64,000 nt of DNA from Alphaproteobacteria bacterium (GCA_965205265.1 CBDBGH010000003.1:96001-160000), one strand, 5' to 3'. Positions 30,631-39,966 are shown, counted from the stretch's first letter. Notes: a model not told the origin generated them from the letters alone. Made by a program: numbers and translations.

Positions 30631-32546
30631 CCTGACTTCGACGGTTGGGCTGACTTCTGACCGATCTCGCGTCTGGAGTTTTCAGTAAAGCCAATGAGTT
30701 GGCAGTTGCGGTGCGGTCAAGCTGCGTTGTAGTGCCTAGTAAATCTTTGAGACTGTCAATGCCTCCGCCACGCGCTACACTCCCCCCATGTTCGTGCGCA
30801 TCAAGACCTCCCCCAACAGCCCGCGACGCTCGGTCCAGATCGTCGAGGCCGTGCGCGACGGCGGCAAGGTCCGACAGCGCATCGTCCGCCATGTCGGCGT
30901 GGCCATGGACGAGGACGAGCTCGAGCGCCTGAGGCAGCTCGGCGAGTACGTCAAGGCGAAGCTGGAGGACGAGCGTCAGCCGGCATTGTTTGCGCCCGAG
31001 AAGATCGCTGAGCAGGCGATCCGTGTCGGCCGCCGGGGGGACGGCAAGGAGGAACTCCCGGTCGACCTCAAGCAGCTTGAAGAGGAGCAGCGCCTGATCA
31101 CAGGCATCCACGAGGTCTATGGCGAGATCTACCGGCTGCTGGGCCTCGACGCGCTGCTGCCGCGCTCGCGCTACCGGGCCTCCCATGACGCGCTGTTCCA
31201 TGTGGTGATGGCGCGGGTAGCCAACCCCGACAGCAAGCGGGGCAGCGTGCGCCGGCTCGAGGAGGACTTCGGCGTGAGTCTTCCGCTCGAGAAGGTCTAC
31301 CGGATGATGGATCAGCTCGACGCGACGGTGATCGAGCGACTGCGCACGCGCGTCGGCGAGGCGAGCCGGTCGCTGCTGCCGGAGCCGGTCGCGATCCTCT
31401 TCTTCGATTGCACCACGCTCTACTTCGAGACGGCCGCCGAGGACGAGCTTCGCCAGCACGGCTTCAGCAAGGACGGCAAACACAAGGACTCGCAGGTTCT
31501 GCTGGCGCTGATGGTGACGCGCGAAGGGCTGCCGATCAGCTACGAGGTCTTCCCCGGCGCCACCTACGAGGGACACAGCATGGTCCCGGTCCTGCAGGAC
31601 ATGCAGCGCCGCCACCAGGTGGAGCGCACGGTATGCGTGGCCGACCGGGGCATGCTGAGCGCCGACAACCTCGACGCCATGGACGCCATCGGCGGCGAGT
31701 ATGTCGTCGGCGCGCGGCTGCGCAAGCTGCCGCTCGCGCTGCTGGGGCAGGTTCTCGACCCCGGGACCTATGCCCCGCTGGAGGGCTCACAGGACCGCCG
31801 GGTCGGCGAGTGGGAGTACAAGGGCCGTCGCCTGATCGTCGTCTTCTGCCCCCAGCGCGCACGCAAGGACGCGCACGAGCGCCGCCATCAGGTGGAACGC
31901 CTGCTCGACAGGCTGGCCCGCAGCGACAATCCCAGGGAACTGCTCTCCAATCACGGGGCGAAGCGCTTCATCGCCGTCGAGGGCGACGCACGGCTCACGG
32001 TGAACCCGGAGAAGATCGCCGAGGCCGCACGATGGGACGGGCTCACCGGCGTCATCACCAATCTGCGCGACGCGCGCGTCACCGAAGTGATGGCTCACTA
32101 CCAGGGGCTCTGGCAGGTCGAGGAGAGCTTCCGGATCACCAAACACGACCTGAAGATACGTCCCATCTGGCACTGGAACCCGGACCGGATCCGCGCTCAC
32201 ATCGCCATCGCCTTCCTGGCCTTCGCCTGCGTTCGACACCTTGCGTACCGCGTCGCCATCCAGAAGCGGCGGATGTCCCCGGAGGTCATCCGCTCCGCCC
32301 TCGTCCACCGCCAGTGCTCCCTGCTGCGCTGTCGGCAATCGGGCAACCGCTACGTCATCCCCTCGAAGCCGACACCGGCGGCGGAGCAGATTTACGCAAC
32401 CATGGGGCTGCCCCTGACGATCACCCCGTATCAACTCGCCTGACCGTCGACGAAGCACGGCTCGAAGAAATGCCGGATGTAGTGCCTAGCCGAAATGAGA
32501 ACCAGGCAATATCAACTACTTATGCGAATCAACCGTCGAAGTCAGG
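30631..32546 (+). mobile_element. IS1634-family insertion sequence
   Basis: 17-bp terminal IRs CCTGACTTCGACGGTTG (30631-30647) and CAACCGTCGAAGTCAGG (32530-32546); single transposase; long flanking direct repeats. Confidence 0.93.
30788..32443 (+). CDS. IS1634-family DDE transposase
   Basis: MFVRIK...VQIVEAVR...VRQRIVRHVG, FFDCTTLYFE, GFSKDGK, VADRGM, WQVEESFR, RPIWHW. Confidence 0.92.
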   Translation: MFVRIKTSPNSPRRSVQIVEAVRDGGKVRQRIVRHVGVAMDEDELERLRQLGEYVKAKLEDERQPALFAPEKIAEQAIRVGRRGDGKEELPVDLKQLEEEQRLITGIHEVYGEIYRLLGLDALLPRSRYRASHDALFHVVMARVANPDSKRGSVRRLEEDFGVSLPLEKVYRMMDQLDATVIERLRTRVGEASRSLLPEPVAILFFDCTTLYFETAAEDELRQHGFSKDGKHKDSQVLLALMVTREGLPISYEVFPGATYEGHSMVPVLQDMQRRHQVERTVCVADRGMLSADNLDAMDAIGGEYVVGARLRKLPLALLGQVLDPGTYAPLEGSQDRRVGEWEYKGRRLIVVFCPQRARKDAHERRHQVERLLDRLARSDNPRELLSNHGAKRFIAVEGDARLTVNPEKIAEAARWDGLTGVITNLRDARVTEVMAHYQGLWQVEESFRITKHDLKIRPIWHWNPDRIRAHIAIAFLAFACVRHLAYRVAIQKRRMSPEVIRSALVHRQCSLLRCRQSGNRYVIPSKPTPAAEQIYATMGLPLTITPYQLA

Positions 32547-33114
32547 AAAAATTACCGAGTGCCGTATCCATCCTTCCCCGTCCAGCCGCCCCGCTTACGG
32601 GCGGCCGGCTTCTTCAAGGTCCGCAAGCATCTCTTCGACGGTGGCGAAGCGCGCCCTGCCGGCCTTCACGATGTCATCGGCCTCGACCATGGCCGCACGG
32701 GTCCCGGCGCCGAGTTGCACATAGAGCGGAGAATGCGGCAGGCGGTAGTCGCCACCTGACAGACCAGTGTTTCAGTCGAACAGGTCACCAGTGGTATCGA
32801 CTGTTGGCCACCTTCGTTGATATCGGACTTCCTCGTAGCGATCCCGTGCTAACGCTCTGGCGTGTTGTGCCAGCCGTGCATCATGCATCCATCGCGCTTT
32901 CCGGTTCTCTTCGAACAATCCCTTCATGGTCAACTTCGCGCCCTTTCGACCATTGCAGGGCCGACAAAGCAGGACACGGTTGGAAATGTCGTTCTCGCCG
33001 CCATCCGCACGAGGCTGGATGTGATCAAGCTCCATGAAGGGCGTCTCCAGCTCCCGGCCGCATCCAGCGCACAAGATAAGGCCCTCGGTAATGCTCTGCG
33101 CCTCGGTCAACTCT
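32547..33114 (+). repeat. Right copy of the long direct repeat flanking IS1634
   Basis: Matches 30063-30630. Confidence 0.95.
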
Positions 33115-34517
33115 CTCACTATCTCCGCCCGTGACAGCCTTTGCCAAGGCTCCAGAGGTAACGCCCGTCTTTCAATAGCGCGCAAAAACGGCGATGCTGG
33201 CAGGCCGTCGTCGGTGCGAGCCGGAATCTCTGCCGTAAAATAAACTTCATGGATAAACAGATCGCCACGTTCCGCTTCCGGCAAAGCAAGTCGTTCCCGC
33301 GCCATGCGGTCCAGTACAACCTTCTTGGCGTTGTCCCATATATCCATGCCAACCCACTGGCGATTCAGCCGCTCGGCTGCAACTAAGGTAGTAGCACAAC
33401 CAGCAAAGGGATCACATACTATGTCGCCGATCTGGGTGGACGACAGAATCATCCGAGAATAGAGACCAATCGGCTTCTGGGTTGGGAATCCAACGCGCTC
33501 CTTCTTATCCCGATCCGGGATCCAACGAACGTCCTTGTCAATTTCATCTTCGGTTTCCCGCAGGAGTCCTTTCGTGTAAGGCTGGTACGCCCACACGTCC
33601 TGCAAGGGAACACCGGGGCTGTCTGCGAGATACTGTCGATACTGCGGAAGATAATTAGAGCTGAAATCAATGAAACCCCTCTTGTAGAGAGCATCCAGCT
33701 TTTCGTGCTGCGGCAGATTCGGATCGATTCCGAGTGACAATACCAGTTTTGAGGGCACCGCCCAATGGCGGCCCTTGGCTGTAGGATCGAAGCCGCGCCA
33801 TGGCTTCCCGCTGACACCGTTCCGCGTTCCTAAGCCGTGCAGTTCTTGCTCTCGATAACGACCCCTGTCATCTTCTTTGTTGAAGTACTCCTCCACATAA
33901 CCGGTCAGGTAGGGTGAGAATTGAACGACATGATTGTACTCCGGCATCGCGTAGAATAGAATCACATCATGGTTCGGCCCGAATTTGTCCGCCGCATTAT
34001 GCGCCGCCGATCTCCGCCACACGATCTCGTTTCGAAAATTCTTCCACCCGAAAATCGCATCCATGACGGCCTTGAGGTAATGTGAAGCTGTGGGGTCGCA
34101 GTGCAGATAGATGCTGCCTGTCAGTTTGAGGATACGCCGCATTTCCAGCAAGCGGACAGCCATGAAGCACATGAATGCGCCCATGCCGTCAGAGTGGGCA
34201 TAGCGGGCACTTTCAATGGCCTCCATGAGCCGGGGATAGTCATCAGTAATTTGATCGGTCCATTCCTGATGCACATCTCGTTTCCATGACCAACGGTCCT
34301 GAAACTTCGCCCCTGCTGCGAGGCTATCCGGCGTCGCATGGAAATCTCGGCTTTTGTTGAACGGCGGATCGGTGGCGATAAGATCCACGCTCTGGCTATT
34401 CATGGCGCGCAGAAACGGTAGATTGTCACCATGGAAGAGAGTACGATTCCGCCAGTTGGCTTCCCTGCCGGATTGCCCCTCTCTCGGCCTAGACCGATTC
34501 CTTAACCCTCTCGCCAT
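32772..34517 (-). CDS. N6/N4 DNA methyltransferase (beta class) fused to a C-terminal HNH endonuclease
   Basis: GDNL, DPPF, PTQKP, DPFAGCATT, then CAGC...DHIQPRADGGENDISNRVLLCRPCN; lower GC. Confidence 0.88.
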   Translation of the reverse strand: MARGLRNRSRPREGQSGREANWRNRTLFHGDNLPFLRAMNSQSVDLIATDPPFNKSRDFHATPDSLAAGAKFQDRWSWKRDVHQEWTDQITDDYPRLMEAIESARYAHSDGMGAFMCFMAVRLLEMRRILKLTGSIYLHCDPTASHYLKAVMDAIFGWKNFRNEIVWRRSAAHNAADKFGPNHDVILFYAMPEYNHVVQFSPYLTGYVEEYFNKEDDRGRYREQELHGLGTRNGVSGKPWRGFDPTAKGRHWAVPSKLVLSLGIDPNLPQHEKLDALYKRGFIDFSSNYLPQYRQYLADSPGVPLQDVWAYQPYTKGLLRETEDEIDKDVRWIPDRDKKERVGFPTQKPIGLYSRMILSSTQIGDIVCDPFAGCATTLVAAERLNRQWVGMDIWDNAKKVVLDRMARERLALPEAERGDLFIHEVYFTAEIPARTDDGLPASPFLRAIERRALPLEPWQRLSRAEIVRELTEAQSITEGLILCAGCGRELETPFMELDHIQPRADGGENDISNRVLLCRPCNGRKGAKLTMKGLFEENRKARWMHDARLAQHARALARDRYEEVRYQRRWPTVDTTGDLFD

Positions 34518-34602
34518 GCGTATGCGGTGCGAGCGCCCCACCTTCATACAGGCCTGGTGATGTGGGAGTTAGGGTTCGGAATGAGACGAAGGGAATTTCT
34601 CA

Positions 34603-35001
34603 TTGGAGCCCTCAGCAGAGCTTCTCACCAACGCCAGGGTTGAAGTGTTGCCGGCGCGTGGCGGCTTTCGCCGTCGCTGGCCGGCTTCGGTGAAAGCGCG
34701 GATTGTTGCCGAGACACTGGAGGAAGGCGCGACGGTCGCCGGGGTAGCGCGTCGCTACGAGATCAACTCGAACCAGCTGTCGGAATGGCGCCGCCAGGCA
34801 CGGAAGGGCCTTCTGGTGTTGCCTGCGGAGGGCGAGATGGGTTTTGCTCCGGTGGTCTTGCGTCAGGATGAGCGCCGGGTTCCCGCTGCGGGCAGCGACC
34901 GCCTGGAAGTGATCCAGGACCGGGTGACGCTCCGTCTGGACGCCGCGACACCGGCTTGCCGGATCGCCGAGATCGTGTCGGCGTTGAACGCATCGGTATG
35001 A
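34603..35001 (+). CDS. tnpA: IS66 TnpA (HTH)
   Basis: RRRWPASVKARIVAETL...VARRY...QLSEWRR. Confidence 0.88.
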   Translation: MEPSAELLTNARVEVLPARGGFRRRWPASVKARIVAETLEEGATVAGVARRYEINSNQLSEWRRQARKGLLVLPAEGEMGFAPVVLRQDERRVPAAGSDRLEVIQDRVTLRLDAATPACRIAEIVSALNASV

Positions 35002-35351
35002 TCTTCCCATCGAACCGGGTCCGGATCGTGGTTGCGACGAAGCCCGTGGACTTCAGGAAGCAGCACGACGGCCTTGTTGCGCATGTGAAGAGCGTATTGC
35101 GCAAGGACCCGTTCACGGGAACGGTCTTCGCGTTCCGTACGAAACGAGCTGACAGGCTGAAGCTGATCTACTGGGACGGGACCGGCCTGGTGATGGTCTA
35201 CAAGCGTCTGGAGGACCAGGGCTTTGTCTGGCCGGCGATCCGCGACGGGGTGATGTCGCTGAGCCATGCGCAGTTCGAGGCGCTGTTCTCCGGGCTGGAC
35301 TGGCGCCGTGTGCGAGCGCTGTCGGCACGGCGCCCGGCTGAGGCCGAATGA
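34998..35351 (+). CDS. tnpB: IS66 accessory protein TnpB
   Basis: PVDFRKQHDGL, KLIYWDGTG, KRLE. Confidence 0.92.
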   Translation: MIFPSNRVRIVVATKPVDFRKQHDGLVAHVKSVLRKDPFTGTVFAFRTKRADRLKLIYWDGTGLVMVYKRLEDQGFVWPAIRDGVMSLSHAQFEALFSGLDWRRVRALSARRPAEAE

Positions 35352-35406
35352 CTCACTGGGCGGATCGGGGCGTGCCGCGTCCCGACACTGTGCTACCAGA
35401 CTGGCC

Positions 35407-37049
35407 ATGCCGGCCCTTGCGGAGATCGACCTCGGAACGCTGACGCCCGAACAGCGGGAAGCGGCGGTGCAGGCAATCGCGGCGCTGGAGGTGCTTCGCG
35501 CCGAGAACGAGACGCTGGCGGAAGAGAAGGCCTGTCTCGCGGGCGAGAACGAAGTTCTGACGGACCGCAACGGGGCTCAGGCGGAGCGCATCCGCCGTCT
35601 CGAACATCTGAACCTCGAACTGATCCGCCTTCTGTATGGCAAGAGGTCGGAGAAGCTGTCGGCGGACGAGCGCCAGCTGGCGTTCGAGGACCTTGAGGGC
35701 GCGGCGGCGGAGATCGAAGCAGCGGCCGCGCCGGAAGATCCGACGCCGGCCCAATCGCCGAAGCGTCCTCGCCCGGCGCGCAATATCGGCCACTTGCCGG
35801 AGCATCTGGAGCGGATCGAGCAGGTGGTCGAGCCGGAGAGCACGCTCTGCCCCTGCGGCTGCGGGGAGATGGTGAAGATTGGCGAGGATCGCACGGAGCG
35901 CCTGGACATCGTGCCGGCGCAGCTTCGGGTGATCGTCACGGTGCGGCCGAAATACGCCTGCCGGGCCTGCGAACAGAGCGTCACCCAGGCGCCGGCGCCG
36001 GCCCGGCTGATCGAGGGCGGGTTGCCGACCGAAGGTGCGGCGCCCATGTGCTCGTCTCCAAATACCTGGACCATTGCCCGTTGCACCGGCAGGCGCAGGT
36101 CTATGCCCGTTCCGGCCTCGATCTGGACCGCTCGACGCTGGCCGGCTGGGTCGGCAGGGCGTCATTCCATCTGAAACCGGTGGCCGACCGGCTGGCGGAG
36201 CATCTCAAGCGCTCTTCGAAGCTGTTCATGGACGAGACGCGGGCGCCGGTGCTCGATCCGGGCCGCGGCAGGACCAAGACCGGCTGGCTGTGGGCGCTGG
36301 CCCGCGACGACCGTGCCTGGAGCGGACCCGACCCGCCGGGCGTTGTGTACTTCTATGCGCCCGGGCGCGGCGGTGAATATGCCGAGCGCTTCCTCGACGG
36401 CTTCGATGGTATCCTCCAGGTGGATGGCTATGCCGGCTACAACCGGCTGACTGGACCGAGCCGCAAGGGCGGCGCGCCGATACGGCTGGCTTACTGCTGG
36501 TCCCACGCGAGGCGCCGGCTCCGCGAGATCTACGACAGCAGCGGCTCCGAGATCGCGGCAGAGGGCCTGCGCCGGATCGCCGAGCTCTACGCCATCGAGG
36601 CCGACATCCGCGGCAGCCCGCCCGAGCAACGTCTCGCAGAACGACACGCGCGCTCCGCGCCCCTGGTCGAGGCCTTCGGCGACTGGCTGAAGCAGCAGCG
36701 CGCCCGCATCTCGCCCAAGTCCCGCCTCGGCGAGAAGCTCGCCTATATCGCCCGTCACTGGGACGGCCTCCGGCTGTTCCTCGCCGACGGCCGCGTCGAG
36801 ATGGACAGCAATGCCGTCGAGAACCTCGCCCGGCCGATTGCCCTTACAAGGAAAAACGCGCTCTTCGCGGGTCACGACGAAGGCGCAGTCGCCTGGGGCC
36901 GGATCGCTTCACTCACCCAGACCGCCAGGTTGAACGGGGTCGAGCCCTACGCCTGGCTCAAGGCCACCCTCGAAGCCATCGCGGTCGGCCATCCCAACGA
37001 CCGCATCGACGACCTGCTCCCGTGGAACTTCAAGCCGTCGTCAAGCTGA
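35407..37049 (+). pseudogene. tnpC: IS66 transposase TnpC, frameshifted near 36040
   Basis: YGKRSEK, CPCGC, RPKYAC...GLPTEG in one frame; HVLVSKYLDHCPL, DET, QVDGY, CWSHARR, DSNAVEN in another. Confidence 0.88.
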
Positions 37050-37168
37050 AATCCGGGTGACCCGCCCGCATCGCTTACCGCCATGCTGCTCTCCCGCATA
37101 ATAGATAGGTAAGGTTAGACATGGTACATTCGGCTATTCAAGTATCCAATCCTACTTGTATGCGGCCG

Positions 37169-38257
37169 TCACCTTACCAGACGAAGATGCCGTCTAACGG
37201 GATTGTCGGGTAGCGGGTACATGCTTCGAAGGTCATCTTCGAATACATGAAGAATGGAGCATAGGTCTTTGATTCCATAATCTAAATCCTCAAGGTGTAT
37301 CCGGATGATCTCCGGTAGAACGCCCGGTTCCTCTACGGGAAAGTCCAGTTCCGAAGGTTCCCTTCTCCTGTAGCCCAAGTAGCTGATTTGTCTCCAAAGG
37401 TATTGGCTTTGGTTCGCGGTAATCGCTCCTATAGTTTTGGCCCGGTAGAGAAGTGCCTGCATCGAGACCCGCCACACCAGCTTCAACTCGGCGAGCTTCT
37501 CGATCGTGAGCCGTCCGGATAGATATGGGCGTATGTCCTTAGCGGGCATTAGCAGTGCTGAGGCGAAGGCGTTGGCTTCGTCTTCCATTGTAGGGGACGG
37601 TATCCGATGCATGACGATGTGGCCGAGTTCATGTCCGAGACTGTAACGCTGACGGTCGGCCGGCTGGTTCCGGTTCAAAAATATGCACGGTGGCATATCC
37701 AGGGAGCTTATGGTTACCCCATCCACCGACAAAGCGGCGAAGTCGCAGTGGATCACGATGCAACCGGCACTTTCGACCCAACCCACCAAATCCTTCATGG
37801 GCCCCATCGGAACGAGCCAATTTCGGCGCAAGAGCTCCGCGATCCGCTCCGCATCGCCGTCAAACTCGTCGATGTCCATAATTGGCAGCGAAAGTTCCGG
37901 TTGAAAGTCCGCAGACTTCAACAATCGCCGGATATGAAACAGACGAATATTGAGTTCGGCCTCAAGCCGCTCAAGGCTACGCTGGCCGACGCTTGCCCTC
38001 TTTCGATACATCGGATGAACGCTCATCGGTAGTCCGAGCACCTTGTCCGGCTCGAAGAACAGCGATCTGGGAAAGCGGAGAGCATGGGCGATGCGATCAA
38101 CAACCTCATCGGTTGGGTCGTCGATCAACTCGTTCTCCAGCTTCGACTGATGGGCTTGGGAGACGCCCGACCTCTTGGAGAGTTCAGTTTGACTCCATCC
38201 CCTCGCCTGTCTGCCTGTTCGCAGCAGATCGGCGTTGAAACTGCCGGACACGGTCAA
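37169..38257 (-). CDS. XRE-HTH + ImmA/IrrE (M78) zinc metallopeptidase, RmrA-like
   Basis: N-terminal HTH (SQTELS...SKLEN), RYSLGHELGH, EDEANAFASALLMP. Confidence 0.9.
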   Translation of the reverse strand: MTVSGSFNADLLRTGRQARGWSQTELSKRSGVSQAHQSKLENELIDDPTDEVVDRIAHALRFPRSLFFEPDKVLGLPMSVHPMYRKRASVGQRSLERLEAELNIRLFHIRRLLKSADFQPELSLPIMDIDEFDGDAERIAELLRRNWLVPMGPMKDLVGWVESAGCIVIHCDFAALSVDGVTISSLDMPPCIFLNRNQPADRQRYSLGHELGHIVMHRIPSPTMEDEANAFASALLMPAKDIRPYLSGRLTIEKLAELKLVWRVSMQALLYRAKTIGAITANQSQYLWRQISYLGYRRREPSELDFPVEEPGVLPEIIRIHLEDLDYGIKDLCSILHVFEDDLRSMYPLPDNPVRRHLRLVR

Positions 38258-38859
38258 CCGCGCTTGGTCCGGTTCCGAGTCTCGGATGCATCGCGCGGGC
38301 GAACCAAGCGAGACGCGGGAAGCCTCGGGGGCTGACCAATGGGTGCCGGCATAGGCAATGGCATACCGCTTGTGGCGGCGTCGAGCAGACTATACGTCCA
38401 GACCACTGTATCCCCATCGCGAGCGACCACGATGATATCGACGACTTGAGTCTCAAGCCGATTGAGTTGGTACACAACCTCAACGCGTTCGACTTCAGGT
38501 AGGAGACCGGGCAGGTCCTGGTTATGATCGTGAAACGCAAGGGCGAGTTGGGTTCGAACATTGGTGCTCAACCCGTTTTCGTCCCCTTTCTTGAACCGAA
38601 AGAAGACACGATCATCGATCAGGAACCCAAACGTCGCGAGGCTGCCGATAATGAGGACACCCGGCGTCCCGTCGAATGCATGGTGCACTCGGTCAATAAT
38701 CTGTTCCCATACGAAGTTGGCTCGACTGCGCTTACACCGCCAGGTTCCAGGGTGTGGACTGGCAAGCCAATCTGACCAAGCGCCGTGTACTGCCGCCACA
38801 ATAACCTGCCGGTGCTTGTCGATGATCGGTTCGATAATTTCTCTTCTTGGAACAGGCAT
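38254..38859 (-). CDS. Hypothetical protein coupled to the peptidase (putative RmrT-like toxin)
   Basis: 201-aa ORF whose stop overlaps the peptidase start; RFKKGDENGLSTNVRTQ. Confidence 0.7.
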   Translation of the reverse strand: MPVPRREIIEPIIDKHRQVIVAAVHGAWSDWLASPHPGTWRCKRSRANFVWEQIIDRVHHAFDGTPGVLIIGSLATFGFLIDDRVFFRFKKGDENGLSTNVRTQLALAFHDHNQDLPGLLPEVERVEVVYQLNRLETQVVDIIVVARDGDTVVWTYSLLDAATSGMPLPMPAPIGQPPRLPASRLVRPRDASETRNRTKRG

Positions 38860-39059
38860 GCTGTGGCCTCCAAAGTGCCAAAGCACCCTATCCCAGCCGT
38901 TTTACAATTTCAACAGCAAATTATTCACAAAACTATTCTCGATTGCCCGAACTCCTCACCCCCGCCCGGCCTCCAGCCGCCAGCGCCATCGCCCACAGCC
39001 GTGACAGAGTCGCCGCCCGCGCGTAGCATGGCGGGAGGCCGGGGAGCGGAGAGCATGGC

Positions 39060-39641
39060 ATGAGCGAAGGCGCGGCGTTGCGCCGGAAGAAGCCGGCCCG
39101 CAAGGCTACCTACCGGGACGTGCTCGACGCGCCGGCGCATATGGTGGCGGAAATCGTGGATGGCTTGCTTCATTTGCAGCGAAGGCCGCCCACGCTGGCG
39201 GCCCTGGCGAAGACCGCTCTCGCCAGCGAGATCGGCGGTCCGTTCTTCAAGGGCCGGGACGGGCCGGGCGGCTGGTGGATCGTCAACGAGCCCGAGCTTC
39301 ATTTCGGCGAGGACATTGTGGTTCCCGACATTGCCGGCTGGCGGCGGGAGCGCATGCCGACAGTGCCCGATGCGGCCTTTTTGACTCTCGCGCCGGACTG
39401 GGTTTGCGAAGTCCTTTCCCCCTCGACGCGGAAGCTGGACCTCGAAGGCAAGCGCCCGATCTATGCGCGGGAAGGCGTGCGCCACCTCTGGTTCGTCGAT
39501 CCGGCGGCGCGGACGCTGGAGGCGTTCGTGTTGCGCGACGGCGGCGCGTGGACGCCGGCCGGGGCGGCGCGGGAGGACGAGCCGGTGTCCCTCCCGCCCT
39601 TCGAGGCCGTCGCCTTCCCGCTCGGCGCGCTCTGGCCCTGA
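39060..39641 (+). CDS. Uma2 family (PDDEXK) endonuclease
   Basis: EPELHF, VPDIAGW, APDWVCEVLSPST, GVRHLWFVDP. Confidence 0.92.
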   Translation: MSEGAALRRKKPARKATYRDVLDAPAHMVAEIVDGLLHLQRRPPTLAALAKTALASEIGGPFFKGRDGPGGWWIVNEPELHFGEDIVVPDIAGWRRERMPTVPDAAFLTLAPDWVCEVLSPSTRKLDLEGKRPIYAREGVRHLWFVDPAARTLEAFVLRDGGAWTPAGAAREDEPVSLPPFEAVAFPLGALWP

Positions 39642-39715
39642 CGCGGGGCGGCTGTTGCAGCGCCCGTTGTCGGAACGCTCTTGCCATCCAGCCTCACGAT
39701 CTCCAAAGTCAGGGC

Positions 39716-39955
39716 ATGTTCGAATCGACCGACACGATTCCGATCCTGCTTGCCATCGTCGGCGTGGGCGGCGTTCTCGCCGGCATGGCGTGGCGCATGG
39801 CGGCCCGGCTCGACCGGCGCATAACCGAGGACAAGCGCGCCGCCGATGCGGACCGCCGCGCGTTCCAGAACGCCATGGACGACTTCCGGGCCGAGATGCA
39901 ACGCCTTGCCGAGCGGCAGTCCCGCGTCGAAGGCCGGTTCGACGCCGCCGGATAG
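39716..39955 (+). CDS. Small membrane-anchored coiled-coil protein
   Basis: IPILLAIVGVGGVLAGMAW followed by a charged helix ending LAERQSRVEG. Confidence 0.65.
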   Translation: MFESTDTIPILLAIVGVGGVLAGMAWRMAARLDRRITEDKRAADADRRAFQNAMDDFRAEMQRLAERQSRVEGRFDAAG

Positions 39956-39966
39956 GCGGCCCGCCT

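Larger units (their letters stand above)
34520..37078 (+). mobile_element. IS66-family element with 8-bp target duplication
   Basis: IRL GTATGCGGTGCGAGCGCCCCACC; IRR reverse complement GTAAGCGATGCGGGCGGGTCACC; TSD CGCCATGC at 34512-34519 and 37079-37086; tnpA-tnpB-tnpC. Confidence 0.95.

Noticed and set aside
30062-33115. Direct repeats as attL/attR of an integrase element
   Set aside because: They abut IS terminal IRs and enclose only a DDE transposase, so a long TSD explains them better.
34998-35351. RNA-guided TnpB nuclease
   Set aside because: This is the 117-aa IS66 accessory TnpB, unrelated to the IS200/IS605 RuvC TnpB.
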